The notes beneath the pieces are model-generated. The model saw nothing but the letters and a program-made list of their open reading frames with translations. It ran no database searches and was not told the origin of the DNA. DNA of 63,693 nucleotides, filler included. It is 4 parts of 4 records of this genome, joined end to end, with 100 filler letters (N's around TTAATTAATTAA, not from the genome) between each part and the next. Parts side by side here need not be neighbours in the genome. Positions count along the whole stretch, not along the records: positions 1 to 13,950 come from DRR723986_12873; 3 more parts are not named here. One strand, written 5' to 3'. A program made the translations under genes and the position numbers. This document shows, one piece after another, positions 1 through 10,025 of the stretch. Every line of letters begins with the position of its first letter. The first letter of the stretch is position 1.

Positions 1-28
1 GTTGCTCTACCAACTGAGCTATCGGGGA
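1..28 (-). tRNA. tRNA 5' fragment, probably tRNA-Asn (truncated by window edge)
   Basis: Reverse complement reads TCCCCGATAGCTCAGTTGGTAGAGCAAC, i.e. acceptor 5' strand plus D-arm. A TCC start is typical of tRNA-Asn. The anticodon is not visible. Confidence 0.75.
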
Positions 29-41
29 ACAGCATCAATGT

Positions 42-77
42 GGCGCGCATATTAAGTACTTTAATCAGGTTCGTCAA
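42..77 (-). promoter_or_regulatory. sigma70 stable-RNA promoter for the tRNA
   Basis: On the minus strand TTGACG-N17-TAATAT is followed by the GC-rich discriminator GCGCGCC, just upstream of the tRNA 5' end. Confidence 0.75.
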
Positions 78-86
78 CCCCCTGAA

Positions 87-1067
87 ATGAAAGGTCAAAA
101 TTTGCACAGAGCTAAGCTTGAACCCTATCGTCCGCCGGTGTGGTTGCGTAATGGCCACGTCCAGTCAGTATGGCCGACCCTGTTCCGGAAAGTGACCCTG
201 CCGGAACCGGAAACCGACATACTGGCCACCGACGATGACGACGAACTGCATCTGGACTGGTATCGCCAGGGCAGTGACCGGCTGGCGGTGATATCCCATG
301 GGCTGGAAGGCCACAGCCGTAGGCCCTACGTGCTGGGTCTGGCCAGAGCATTGATGGCCGACGGCTGGGATGTGCTGGCATGGAACTTTCGGTCCTGCGG
401 CGGGGTGATGAACCAACAGCCGCGCTTCTATCACAGTGGCGCCACTTCGGATCTGCATGCCGTCGTCAGTCATGCGCTGGGGCGGCGGTATCAGAACCTC
501 TTCCTGTCAGGTTTCAGTATGGGTGGGAATCTCACGCTGCTGTACCTGGGTGAGCAGGGGGAGCATGTGGACAGCCGTATCAGTGGTGCGGTGGCCTACT
601 CGGTGCCTCTGGACCTGGCGGGCAGCGCGGACGTGCTGGCGCGACCCAGCCGGCGTATTTACATGCAACGGTTTTTGACGGATCTGCACGTCAAGATGCG
701 GGAAAAAGCGGACAGATTCCCTGATCTGATCGATGTCATGGGTTTCGAGGAAATCCGAAGTTTTCACGAATTCGATAATCGCTATACGGCACCACTGCAT
801 GGATTCCAGGACGCGGCCGACTACTGGGCCCGGTGTTCTGCTCTGTTCAGGTTGAGTGATATCCGGGTGCCAGCTCTGGTAGTGAATGCAGCAGATGACC
901 CGTTCCTTTCGGCCCGCTGTTTTCCGGACAGTCGCCGGGTATTGGGACATCACGTCCAGATGGAAATCCCGAAGTGGGGTGGGCATGTGGGGTTTGTCCA
1001 ACATGCCCGGGACGGTTACTACTGGTCTGAACGCCGAGCTTTAGGGTTTGTCCGGCAGGTAATCTGA
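87..1067 (+). CDS. YheT-family alpha/beta hydrolase
   Basis: HGLEGHS, nucleophile elbow GFSMGG, ADDPF and GGHVGF motifs. Confidence 0.88.
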   Translation: MKGQNLHRAKLEPYRPPVWLRNGHVQSVWPTLFRKVTLPEPETDILATDDDDELHLDWYRQGSDRLAVISHGLEGHSRRPYVLGLARALMADGWDVLAWNFRSCGGVMNQQPRFYHSGATSDLHAVVSHALGRRYQNLFLSGFSMGGNLTLLYLGEQGEHVDSRISGAVAYSVPLDLAGSADVLARPSRRIYMQRFLTDLHVKMREKADRFPDLIDVMGFEEIRSFHEFDNRYTAPLHGFQDAADYWARCSALFRLSDIRVPALVVNAADDPFLSARCFPDSRRVLGHHVQMEIPKWGGHVGFVQHARDGYYWSERRALGFVRQVI

Positions 1068-1071
1068 GTAG

Positions 1072-1713
1072 TCAGCTGCTGGCCTGTTTGTTCAGCAGCG
1101 GTTCCAACTTTGGCCAGATGTTATCCAGCAGCCGGGGTTGTGCCTCTTCCGTCGGATGAATGCCGTCACCTTGCATCAAGCCGTCCTGATCGTAAATGCC
1201 GTCCAGAAAGAAAGGAACCAGGGGCGTATTGTATCGGTCTGAAAGAGTCGGAAAGATATCGGCGAACATGGTGGTGTAGCGCTGGCCGTAGTTTGGCGGG
1301 ATCTGCATACCCACCAGCAAAGGTGTGGCGCCGATGCCGCGTACCTGCTCGATCATATTGGCCAGATTGGATTCAATCACATTGGGTGGGAACCCCCGCA
1401 GGCCGTCATTGCCGCCGAGCTCAATGATTACAATCGTGGGATCGTGGGTTTCCAGCAGACCTGGCAGGCGCCGCAGGCCACCGTCGGTGGTTTCGCCGCC
1501 GATACTGGCATTCACCACGGTCCAGTTCAGTTCCCGGCTGTTGATACGGTCCCTCAGCAGCTCCACCCACGCGGTTTCCGAGGGTACGCCGTGGGCGGCG
1601 CTCAGGCTGTCACCCACCACCAGCACTGTGTTCTGGCTGGCCAGCGCGGGCAAGGTGAGCAAGAACAGAGCCGATAGTACGATTGATCTGACGTACAGCG
1701 ATATCGTATGCAT
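1072..1713 (-). CDS. tesA: Arylesterase / acyl-CoA thioesterase I (SGNH/GDSL family)
   Basis: Signal peptide, GDSLSA, ELGGNDGLRG and DGIHP motifs; divergent from a ybbA-ybbP pair as in the known arrangement. Confidence 0.9.
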   Translation of the reverse strand: MHTISLYVRSIVLSALFLLTLPALASQNTVLVVGDSLSAAHGVPSETAWVELLRDRINSRELNWTVVNASIGGETTDGGLRRLPGLLETHDPTIVIIELGGNDGLRGFPPNVIESNLANMIEQVRGIGATPLLVGMQIPPNYGQRYTTMFADIFPTLSDRYNTPLVPFFLDGIYDQDGLMQGDGIHPTEEAQPRLLDNIWPKLEPLLNKQASS

Positions 1714-1765
1714 AGTAAATTCATATACCCTTTACAGATTCAACGATACAGACAATGGAGTCACC

Positions 1766-2494
1766 GTGAACCAGATGACGGATCTCAGTAATACCGATAG
1801 CAACCCTATGTTGCGGGTGACTGATCTGACCCACCGGGTCAGCCTGGAAACCGATACGCTCACGATCTTGCAGGGGGTCAGTCTGGAAATCAATCGGGGA
1901 GAGTCCGTAGCCATCGTTGGTCGCTCCGGTTCCGGTAAAACGACTTTGCTTGGCTTGCTTGCGGGCCTGGATACACCCACGGAAGGCTCCGTTGAACTGG
2001 ATAGTGCGGTCATCAGCAAGCTGAGTGAAGATGAGCGTGCCAAACTGCGGGCCCGTCGGGTCGGATTTGTGTTCCAGTCGTTCCAGTTGCTGCCAGCGTT
2101 AACCGCGCTTGAAAATGTCATGCTACCGCTGGAACTGGGTGGCACGGAAGCACCGGAGCAGCGGGCCAGAGAATTGCTTGATCGTGTAGGTTTGGGGGAA
2201 CGGCTGAACCATACCCCTCGTCAGTTGTCCGGTGGCGAGCAGCAGCGCGTCGCGATTGCGCGGGCCTTTGCCTCCGACCCCGCCATTCTGTTTGCGGATG
2301 AGCCCACGGGCAATCTGGACAACCGAACCGGACAGGCGGTATCTGACCTTCTGATGGACCTGAACCGGGAGCAGGGCACCACACTGGTAATGGTTACCCA
2401 TGATGAACACCTTGCAGAACGTTGCGGCCGGCAGCTGCACATCGAGGCGGGAGTGCTGACTGAGCCGGATCTGGTCGGGGAGCCGGCACACTGA
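1766..2494 (+). CDS. ybbA: ABC transporter ATP-binding protein (YbbA-like)
   Basis: Walker A GRSGSGKTT, LSGGEQQR and DEPTGNLD. Start moved to GTG 1766 (GGAG at 1757-1760) because the longer ORF from 1325 overlaps tesA. Confidence 0.88.
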   Translation: MNQMTDLSNTDSNPMLRVTDLTHRVSLETDTLTILQGVSLEINRGESVAIVGRSGSGKTTLLGLLAGLDTPTEGSVELDSAVISKLSEDERAKLRARRVGFVFQSFQLLPALTALENVMLPLELGGTEAPEQRARELLDRVGLGERLNHTPRQLSGGEQQRVAIARAFASDPAILFADEPTGNLDNRTGQAVSDLLMDLNREQGTTLVMVTHDEHLAERCGRQLHIEAGVLTEPDLVGEPAH

Positions 2495-4980
2495 TGAGAG
2501 CCTCCAACAAACTTATGTCCGTGAGCCGAGACTGGCGAGAGCGCGATGTTCGTGTGGTGCTGGTTGCGCTGATTATTGCTGTTGCCACCGTAGCCACGAT
2601 TGCGCTGTTCGCCAGCCAGTTGCAGCGTACCCTGGTATCGTCTGCCAGCTCCTTTCTGGCGGCAGACCGGCAACTGGAAGCCGAGAACGGCCGTCCGATC
2701 CCGCCGGAATGGTTGGAGAATGCCCAGTCCCGAGGCCTCGAAACCGGGCGCATGGTGGAGTTCTCCACCATGGTCTTCGGCGAAAGCGGATTTCAGCTGG
2801 TCTCGGTCAAAGCCGTGAGCGACGAATATCCGTTGCGCGGCGAAATCGAGATCCAGTCCGGTGCTGCAGAGCCGAGACAGATTGTCAGTCAGGGCCCCGG
2901 CCCCGGCCAGGTGTGGGTGAATCTACGGTTGCTGCGTCTGCTCGAACTGGACATCGGCGATACTCTGGAAGTCGGCAATCTTAAACTGGAAATCACCCGC
3001 TTATTAATCCGCGAGCCGGACGGCGGCTTCCGGCTGTCATCACTGGCGCCACGGGTGATGATGCATGTGGACGATGTTGCCGGCACCGGTGTGGTCCAGG
3101 AAGGTAGCCGCGTGGAATATGTCTACCTGTTTGCCGGCGCCGAAGGTGTGCTTGAAGACTATTACCAGTGGCTGGAACCACAGCTGGAGCCCAGTCACGA
3201 GTGGGAAGGGGTCAGAGACGGTGAAACCTTCTCGCGCTCCCTGGAGCGGGCCGAACGCTTCCTGCTGCTGGGTGGCAGTCTTGCGGTGTTGCTGGCGGCG
3301 GTAGCCGTGGCGGTGGCCAGCCGGCAATACGCTCTGTCTCAGAGGGACACGGTGGCATTGCTGAAAACCCTTGGATTATCCAGCCGGGGCATTGGTGAGC
3401 TCTACCTGCGCCGCCTCACTCTGTGGGGTGTTGTTGGCGTGTTGGGTGGTCTGGCAGTGGCGTTACCATTGTTCTGGCTGTTGGTGCGTTTGCTGAGCGA
3501 CCTGCTGGAACGGCCCGTTGATTTCTACCTGGATCCTTCCGCGTTAACGCCCGCCCTGTTAACGGCACTGGTTTCTCTATTCGCGTTTGCCTATCCGCCC
3601 ATTCGCCGCCTGCGTAATGTTCCCGCCATGCGGGTATTACGCTCCCAGCCCGGCGAAACCGGCCGGGAAGCCATTCCGGATATCCTGCTGGCGGTGGTCG
3701 CCGTGTTTGGGTTGGTATGGATGTACGCCGGCGAGCTGATGCTGGTGGCCGCACTTTTGGGCGGGCTGGTACTGCTGCTGGGTGTGCTCGGTCTGCTGGG
3801 GTGGGGCATGGTCGCCCTGTTGCGCAGAGTGAAGGGTGGCGGCAACTCCTGGCGCCTGGCCCTGGTGGGCTTATATCGGCACCGACGTGCCAGCATGGCG
3901 CAGATGGCGGTTTTTGCCATGACGCTTATGCTGGCTGCTACGCTGGTGTTGGTGCGTTCCTCCCTGCTGGACGACTGGCAGGCCCAGCTGCCGGACGACG
4001 CGCCAAACCATTTCCTGATCAACATTGCCCCGGATGCGGTGGATGATGTTGAGGAATTCTGGGCCACTCGCGGCGCGCCCCTGGAGACGCTTTATCCGAT
4101 GGTTCGCGGTCGCCTGACCGAACTGAACGGCGAGCCGGTGAAAGAAGCGGTCAGCAAGGATGAGCGGGTTGGTGCGCTGAACCGGGAGCTGAATCTGACC
4201 TGGATGCCGGAGCTGCCGGAAGACAACCGGATTGTGGATGGCCAGTGGTTCGGGCCGGGCGAAACCGAGGGGGTTTCGGTAGAAGCTGAGCTGGCGGAGA
4301 AACTCGGTTTGCAGCTGGGTGATCGGCTGACCTTCACCATCGGCTCCAGCAAGGTGACCGAGCCGGTAACGAGTATTCGTACCGTGCAGTGGGACAGCAT
4401 GAAACCCAATTTCTACATGGCCTTCCCGCCCGATGGCGGTCTGACTGACATGCCCGCCACCTGGATTACCGCGTTCTATCTGAACCCGGACAATAAACTG
4501 GCTCTTAACGACTTCTCGCGCCAGTTCCCGACGGTCTCGGTGCTGGAGATAGACCATATCATTGATCGCATCCAGCAGATTGTGCAGCAGGTAACTCAGG
4601 CCATTGAGGCAATCCTGGCGCTGATTCTCGCGGCCGCCCTGGTGGTGATGGCAGCGGTTGTCAGTGCCAACCTGCGGGATCGTCAGAGGGAGGGGGCGTT
4701 GCTGCGAACCCTGGGCGGCCAGCAGTCGTTGTTGGCACGCAGTACCATGCTGGAATTCGCACTGTTGGGGTTCTTTGCCGGCACGCTCGGTGTGATTGCG
4801 GCGGAAGGGGCGGTATATGCGCTTCAGGCCGGAATGTTCGAGGGCACTTTCCGCTGGCACTGGCAGGTGATGCTGCCAGTACCGCTGATTGCAGCCATTC
4901 TGTTGGCGTTGTTTGGCCGCTGGCAATTACGACCAGTGCTTAGCGTATCGCCGATGCTACTGCTTCGTCGCCTCGAGTGA
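2494..4980 (+). CDS. ybbP: ABC transporter permease (YbbP/FtsX-like, two halves)
   Basis: 828 aa with two TM clusters and VKAVSDEYPLRG and PNHFLINI motifs; translationally coupled to ybbA (TGATG overlap). Confidence 0.88.
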   Translation: MRASNKLMSVSRDWRERDVRVVLVALIIAVATVATIALFASQLQRTLVSSASSFLAADRQLEAENGRPIPPEWLENAQSRGLETGRMVEFSTMVFGESGFQLVSVKAVSDEYPLRGEIEIQSGAAEPRQIVSQGPGPGQVWVNLRLLRLLELDIGDTLEVGNLKLEITRLLIREPDGGFRLSSLAPRVMMHVDDVAGTGVVQEGSRVEYVYLFAGAEGVLEDYYQWLEPQLEPSHEWEGVRDGETFSRSLERAERFLLLGGSLAVLLAAVAVAVASRQYALSQRDTVALLKTLGLSSRGIGELYLRRLTLWGVVGVLGGLAVALPLFWLLVRLLSDLLERPVDFYLDPSALTPALLTALVSLFAFAYPPIRRLRNVPAMRVLRSQPGETGREAIPDILLAVVAVFGLVWMYAGELMLVAALLGGLVLLLGVLGLLGWGMVALLRRVKGGGNSWRLALVGLYRHRRASMAQMAVFAMTLMLAATLVLVRSSLLDDWQAQLPDDAPNHFLINIAPDAVDDVEEFWATRGAPLETLYPMVRGRLTELNGEPVKEAVSKDERVGALNRELNLTWMPELPEDNRIVDGQWFGPGETEGVSVEAELAEKLGLQLGDRLTFTIGSSKVTEPVTSIRTVQWDSMKPNFYMAFPPDGGLTDMPATWITAFYLNPDNKLALNDFSRQFPTVSVLEIDHIIDRIQQIVQQVTQAIEAILALILAAALVVMAAVVSANLRDRQREGALLRTLGGQQSLLARSTMLEFALLGFFAGTLGVIAAEGAVYALQAGMFEGTFRWHWQVMLPVPLIAAILLALFGRWQLRPVLSVSPMLLLRRLE

Positions 4981-4987
4981 TCGGGTT

Positions 4988-5758
4988 TTAGCGATAGTTT
5001 GAGAGAATGGCGTCGAGTTCGCCATTCTCCTGGATATTTGCCAGCTCCTGGTTGAAGGCCTCGGCAAACGCTTTCCAGTCTTTACGCAGCATGATCCGGA
5101 AGCCGAACTGGCTGATTCCTTCCACAGAAGAGCGAAAGTGCTCGGTCAGTCCTTCGTTCCTGAGAATCCATTGCCCGACCAACCGATCCGCAAGCGCTGC
5201 GTGAAACTGCTCGCCATGCAGCACAAAGGTGAAAATCTCCCGATCTCTGGAGACGTCAAATCGCTTAATGCGATGATCTTTGAAATAGGGCTCGAGAAAG
5301 GGATAGTAGTATCCCAGTGGCGTGACAATCGTCTTGCCGTAGAGGTCTGCGGGGTGTTTGTATTCAAGCTCAGAGCTCTTCGGGAAGAAGAATACTTCCT
5401 CCACGTGAACGACCGGGTCGGTAAACAGGAACTTCTCCGGCTCTTCCGTCCACTCTATGGCCCTTGGCGTGCCGTCAATGTAGCCGTCGGCAAGCATAGG
5501 GTCTACCCGTTTTCTGGGGATTTTTACCGGTTCCACGTCGTAGCCCAGGCGGGGGACAGTCAGGTTTACCACGTCCCACATAATACCGGAGGGCTTGCTG
5601 CCATCAACGATCAGATAAGGTGGGTACCCGTTAGGAGAGATGTTGAAGCGGAACACCCGCTCCTGATTGTCCACTTCGGCAGCGGCATCGCCACTGAAAG
5701 TGGTTAGCAGGCTCGACAGGATCGCGGTAAAGGAGAGCTTGAAAAGGAGTTTCTTCAT
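4988..5758 (-). CDS. Periplasmic substrate-binding protein (family 3-like)
   Basis: Signal peptide, YPPY motif and C-terminal NGELDAILSNY typical of amino-acid-binding family 3. Confidence 0.75.
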   Translation of the reverse strand: MKKLLFKLSFTAILSSLLTTFSGDAAAEVDNQERVFRFNISPNGYPPYLIVDGSKPSGIMWDVVNLTVPRLGYDVEPVKIPRKRVDPMLADGYIDGTPRAIEWTEEPEKFLFTDPVVHVEEVFFFPKSSELEYKHPADLYGKTIVTPLGYYYPFLEPYFKDHRIKRFDVSRDREIFTFVLHGEQFHAALADRLVGQWILRNEGLTEHFRSSVEGISQFGFRIMLRKDWKAFAEAFNQELANIQENGELDAILSNYR

Positions 5759-5890
5759 GGCGGAACTCTGGATAGGACAGGCCCATACGCTGGTTAGATC
5801 GATACCCGGCCAACTCCCTGCCAGAATGCCCGCTAAATATTACCTTCTTACTATTTTATTTCAATCATTGTGAATCTGACTTTAGGCTAA

Positions 5891-5912
5891 CCCCGGCCAG
5901 AGAGGGCCGGGG
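5891..5912 (-). terminator. GC-rich hairpin downstream of Fe-ADH, possible terminator
   Basis: CCCCGGCC-AGAGAG-GGCCGGGG, about 20 nt after the ADH stop; the U-tract is weak. Confidence 0.45.
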
Positions 5913-5932
5913 CGAGATATGCCTCCGAGGTA

Positions 5933-7120
5933 TCAGGCCCAGGCGCGACGAAGCACCGCCATGGCATCTTCGTGGCTCACTTCCCGGGGGTTGAACATGA
6001 TCGAGCCGTCGTCCAGGGCCAGCTTGGCAATGCTTTCCAGCTGATTTTCCAGTACTTTGCCGGTTTCTTTCAACGTCCGGGGCAGTTCGCAGCGCTTGTA
6101 GAGGGCATCCCGCAGTTTTCGAATGGCTGAAATACTGGCCTCGGCACGTCGGCTCGCAGGGGTGGCGGAGTAGACGTCCGGACCTTCCAGGTACAGCAGC
6201 AACTCGCCCAAAGGCTCCCGAATGCTCTCAAGGTTGAACTCAAGCACATAGGGCAGGTACAGGCTCATGCACAGTCCGTGGGGCAGGTGGCAGATGGCTC
6301 CGGTAGCATGTCCCAGAGAGTGGACCAGGCCCACCATGGAGTTGGAAAAGGCAATGCCCGCCATGGTTGACGCCTGAGCTAGTTCCAGTCGGCCATCACT
6401 GTCTTTCGGATTATCCATGACTGAAAGCAGGGATTGGCTCACCTTCTTGACTGCTGCCGTGGCGTACGCGTCGCTCAGGGGGTTTTTGGCCATGCAGGTG
6501 AACGCTTCCGTAGCATGGGTGAGCGCGTCCATAGCGGTGGCCGCCGTAATGTGGGGCGGCAGGGTCAGGGTCATACGCGGGTCGATGATGGCGGCGTTAG
6601 GCAGCAGGAATGATGAGGTAAACGGAAGTTTTACGCCTTTTTTCTCATCGGTGATGACCGCCACCGAGGTTACCTCGGAACCGGTACCCGCCGTGGTGGG
6701 CACAACAAAGAACGGCTTGAGCGGGTGCTTGAGAACACCGGCGCCACTGTATTTGGCGATATTATCGCCGCCTTCGGATACCAGAATATTGACCGCCTTG
6801 CCGGTATCAATGGCGGAGCCGCCGCCCACCGCAATGATCGAGTCGCATTTTTCCTTGCGGTAAACGCTGGCAATGTCTTTCACCACCGACGTGGAGGAAT
6901 CCGGTGGCACATCATCGTAAATGGATACAATCTCCAGCCCGCTTTCTTCGCAGGCGGCAATCACCGGCTCGAGCAAGCCGGCCGCGCGCACCCCTTTATC
7001 CGTGACAATCATAGGCCGTTTGGCTGCCAGGCCAGTCAGTTCATAGGGAATGTGTTCCAGCGCGGCTTTACCGGCAATCACTTTTACCGGGCAGAAGAAC
7101 TCGTAGTATTTGTTGGTCAT
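5933..7120 (-). CDS. Iron-containing alcohol dehydrogenase
   Basis: GGGSAID, PTTAGTGSE, DALTHATE, HSLGH and HG metal ligands. Confidence 0.92.
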   Translation of the reverse strand: MTNKYYEFFCPVKVIAGKAALEHIPYELTGLAAKRPMIVTDKGVRAAGLLEPVIAACEESGLEIVSIYDDVPPDSSTSVVKDIASVYRKEKCDSIIAVGGGSAIDTGKAVNILVSEGGDNIAKYSGAGVLKHPLKPFFVVPTTAGTGSEVTSVAVITDEKKGVKLPFTSSFLLPNAAIIDPRMTLTLPPHITAATAMDALTHATEAFTCMAKNPLSDAYATAAVKKVSQSLLSVMDNPKDSDGRLELAQASTMAGIAFSNSMVGLVHSLGHATGAICHLPHGLCMSLYLPYVLEFNLESIREPLGELLLYLEGPDVYSATPASRRAEASISAIRKLRDALYKRCELPRTLKETGKVLENQLESIAKLALDDGSIMFNPREVSHEDAMAVLRRAWA

Positions 7121-7674
7121 TATGCTCTCACTGTCTCGACGAATTGGGTGGCGACTTTCAGATAAATGCGGGCGGCACTGATGAGTTTTTCAGGCAGTTT
7201 GATGCTTGCCGGATATTCTTTGACCGCCCTTTCGGCAATTAGTCGGGGCAGGATGAATGATTCCAGTCGGTTGAGAACCCGGGTCATCCGCACCGCGTAA
7301 CTCACATCCCCATCCACCAGCATGCGGTCGTTGGCAAAGGCAACGGAGGTCTTCTCCTGAAACGACAGTACCAGGAAGGCATGGGCGATATGCTTGAACT
7401 GGATCGAGAGGTCAACGGGGCGTGGAGCTTCATCCCCGTGGAAGAGCAATTTACCGTTGCCGGTGTGCTCAACGATGAGTTTTGGCCCGTTGGGCATAAC
7501 CTGCATCTCGAACAGGAAGCCCTCCGGCAGTTCGCAGGTTTCGTTGCGGGTGGCTTCATCCACCTCGCTGATTGCCTGCAGTGCGCGCCCCATCACCTGG
7601 AACATGAGCTCAACATAGCTGCGTCGTGCGTGGGACATCATTGGCTGAAGTCGTTTTACGATCATGGTCGCCAT
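7120..7674 (-). CDS. Hypothetical protein, possibly SCP2 (sterol carrier protein 2)-like
   Basis: Coupled to the ADH start (TAATG overlap). DLSIQFK...RMLVDGD resembles the SCP2 fold. Start uncertain. Confidence 0.6.
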   Translation of the reverse strand: MATMIVKRLQPMMSHARRSYVELMFQVMGRALQAISEVDEATRNETCELPEGFLFEMQVMPNGPKLIVEHTGNGKLLFHGDEAPRPVDLSIQFKHIAHAFLVLSFQEKTSVAFANDRMLVDGDVSYAVRMTRVLNRLESFILPRLIAERAVKEYPASIKLPEKLISAARIYLKVATQFVETVRA

Positions 7675-7775
7675 CCGATTGTTGTTGGTTAATCTGATTT
7701 TTAGAGTTATTGCTCTAGAAGTCAATGCAATCGTTGACGCGGTTTTTGTGTCAGGTCAGCAAATGTGACAACCAT

Positions 7776-7810
7776 AAAAAAACCGGGCGTATTGGCGCCC
7801 GGCTTTTTTT
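7776..7810. terminator. Intrinsic terminator (bidirectional)
   Basis: A7-CCGGGCG-TATTGG-CGCCCGG-C-T7 immediately downstream of the M48 gene. Confidence 0.8.
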
Positions 7811-7824
7811 GACACTGCAAAGAG

Positions 7825-9111
7825 CTATTCGTTGAGTTTGGCCAGCTTGCGCTGAGCTTCAGCCCCCACATCACCACCGGCCTCAGCGGCGGTGGAGTAA
7901 TAGGCTACTGCCTCCCTGCGTTGGCCCTGTTGCCGCGCGATATCACCTAGTCGGAGATAGGCAATGGAAGTGGGTACCACCTGATTGGCTTTCTCCAGAT
8001 GGCTTTTTGCCTTGCCAAGGTTGTTCAGCTCCAGTTCGTTCAAACCGCTGTACAGCTGATACTGGAACATCTCCGGATAGAGTGACACGGCCTTGTCGAA
8101 ATCGGCTTTGGCCTTCTCCGGTTGTTCCATGCCCCGATAGATTCGGCCGCGCAGCGCAAAGAACATGGCTTCTCGCGGTTCCAGCTTGATGGCCTTGTTT
8201 ACCTGATCGAGAGCCGCTTCATACTTGCCTTCTGAGGCCAGCTTCATGGCTTCATCGTGAGCATCGTAGGCTGGCTGAAGTTCCTTGAGCTTGGCGATAC
8301 GGCGCTGGTAAACGTCCCGGCCGCGATAACCGCCGGCACCGATCTTCTGAACCAGCTCCTGGTTTTCCTGAACCCGCTTGGCAGAGGGAGGGTGAGTGGC
8401 GAACAGGCCATCCAGCCATCCGCTCTGACGGCCTTCCGATAGCTTCAGAAACAGCTGTTGGAGCTCTACGGCGGCTTGTGGATCATAGCCGGCTTCTTTC
8501 ATGTATCGGATACCGTAGGCATCGGATTCCAGTTCGTCTCCCTGGCTGTACTGGGCCAGCGCCAGCTGTGCACCCAGAGCTGCACCACCCATGATCAACC
8601 CGGCCCATTCATTATCGGAAAGGGCGAAGCCCAGTCCGGCCACCCCGGCGCTGATCAACATGCCCTGCTGCATCCGCTGCACGCTGTGGCGGGCTGCTGC
8701 ATGAACAATCTCGTGGCCCAGCACCGATGCCAACTGGGCTTCATCCTCCAGCTCCGCCAGCAGGCCGCGGTTGATGGCGATCTTGCCGCCGGGCAGGGCC
8801 CAGGCATTGGGCACGCTGTTATTGAGCACGACAAATTCATAAGGAAGGTCTGGCCGGTCACTCACGCGCGCCAGCTTCTGGCCCACATCACGCACATAAA
8901 TGGAAAGTTCCGGGTCGATGTAGAAGCGGCCGCCCTGGGTCTGTTGTGTGGGTGTGTACTGTTCCGCCCCTAGTGCCAGCTCCTGGTTCTCTGAAATCAG
9001 AGACAGCTGCTTCTCTCCGGTTACCGGGTTCACAGAACACCCAGCCAGCCCTGTCAGTGTGAGGGCGATTGCCGCTATCGCGATATATCTGGTCAACATT
9101 CCGGGTCTCAC
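7825..9111 (-). CDS. M48 family metallopeptidase lipoprotein with TPR repeats (BepA/YfgC-like)
   Basis: Lipobox LAGC, PNAWALPGG, HEIVH zinc motif, ESD and THP motifs, C-terminal TPRs. Confidence 0.88.
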   Translation of the reverse strand: MRPGMLTRYIAIAAIALTLTGLAGCSVNPVTGEKQLSLISENQELALGAEQYTPTQQTQGGRFYIDPELSIYVRDVGQKLARVSDRPDLPYEFVVLNNSVPNAWALPGGKIAINRGLLAELEDEAQLASVLGHEIVHAAARHSVQRMQQGMLISAGVAGLGFALSDNEWAGLIMGGAALGAQLALAQYSQGDELESDAYGIRYMKEAGYDPQAAVELQQLFLKLSEGRQSGWLDGLFATHPPSAKRVQENQELVQKIGAGGYRGRDVYQRRIAKLKELQPAYDAHDEAMKLASEGKYEAALDQVNKAIKLEPREAMFFALRGRIYRGMEQPEKAKADFDKAVSLYPEMFQYQLYSGLNELELNNLGKAKSHLEKANQVVPTSIAYLRLGDIARQQGQRREAVAYYSTAAEAGGDVGAEAQRKLAKLNE

Positions 9112-9266
9112 TTATGTCTCCTTAACGTTGGGGTAAGTTTATAGCACAGACCGGTTTCCGACGTCGGCACCGCCCGACAGACAGTGGTCGGCGCGCTCCT
9201 CTTGGCGTATCATAACGGAAGTTTTCGCCCTATTTATCTCCCCAATCCAGGCTTTTTAACCACCCA

Positions 9267-10007
9267 ATGAGCTACTATCTGGAATTTCTGGCACTGATCT
9301 GGTTTTTTGTCTGCTGGGGAGGGTACACCTGGTATTCGCGCAATCGCGCCAACTCTCGCTCGTGTCTGTCGAACACCCTCGATCTATACCGGGAAGACTG
9401 GATGCGGGTCATGCTCAAGCGTGAAAACCGTATTTCAGACGCCTCGGTTGTCGGTAACCTGGAACGCAACGGAGCGTTTTTTGCGTCCAGCTGTCTGCTG
9501 ATTCTCGCCGGTATTATCACCGCCCTCGGCTACACCAGCGAGGCTATGGAAATTTTTGCCACCATGCCATTTTCCGCTGTGCCCAGTCGTGAAATCTGGG
9601 AATTGCGATTGGTGGTGTTGCTGGTGGTCTTTATTTACGCGTTTTTCAAGTTCACCTGGTCCATGAGAATGTACAATTTCGTGGCCGTCATGATTGGCAG
9701 CGCGCCGCTACCAGACGACAGCAAAACCAGTCCGGCAGCGAGAGAGGCCTTTGCCCGCAGCGCCGGCAACATCTGTAACCTGGCCGGCGACGCGTTTAAC
9801 CTTGGCTTGCGTTCTTACTACTATGCCCTGGCTGTGGTGGCCTGGTTCATTCATCCGGTGGCCTTTATGGCTGCCTCAACCCTGGTGGTGTACGTACTCT
9901 ACCGCCGAGAATTCCACTCAGATGCATTATCCGCCCTGCGCGACGGCAAGGTCTTCGAAGAAGCCATACCCGCCCGTGTCGATGCGGACGTAAAATCCAA
10001 GAACTGA
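9267..10007 (+). CDS. DUF599 family membrane protein
   Basis: Several TM helices with the FFASS, FFKFTWSMR and FNLGLRSYY pattern. Confidence 0.78.
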   Translation: MSYYLEFLALIWFFVCWGGYTWYSRNRANSRSCLSNTLDLYREDWMRVMLKRENRISDASVVGNLERNGAFFASSCLLILAGIITALGYTSEAMEIFATMPFSAVPSREIWELRLVVLLVVFIYAFFKFTWSMRMYNFVAVMIGSAPLPDDSKTSPAAREAFARSAGNICNLAGDAFNLGLRSYYYALAVVAWFIHPVAFMAASTLVVYVLYRREFHSDALSALRDGKVFEEAIPARVDADVKSKN

Positions 10008-10025
10008 TCTGCAGGACAGTCCTGA

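Noticed and set aside
1325-1765. N-terminal extension of the ybbA ORF
   Set aside because: Overlaps tesA on the opposite strand; the ABC domain and an RBS begin near 1766.
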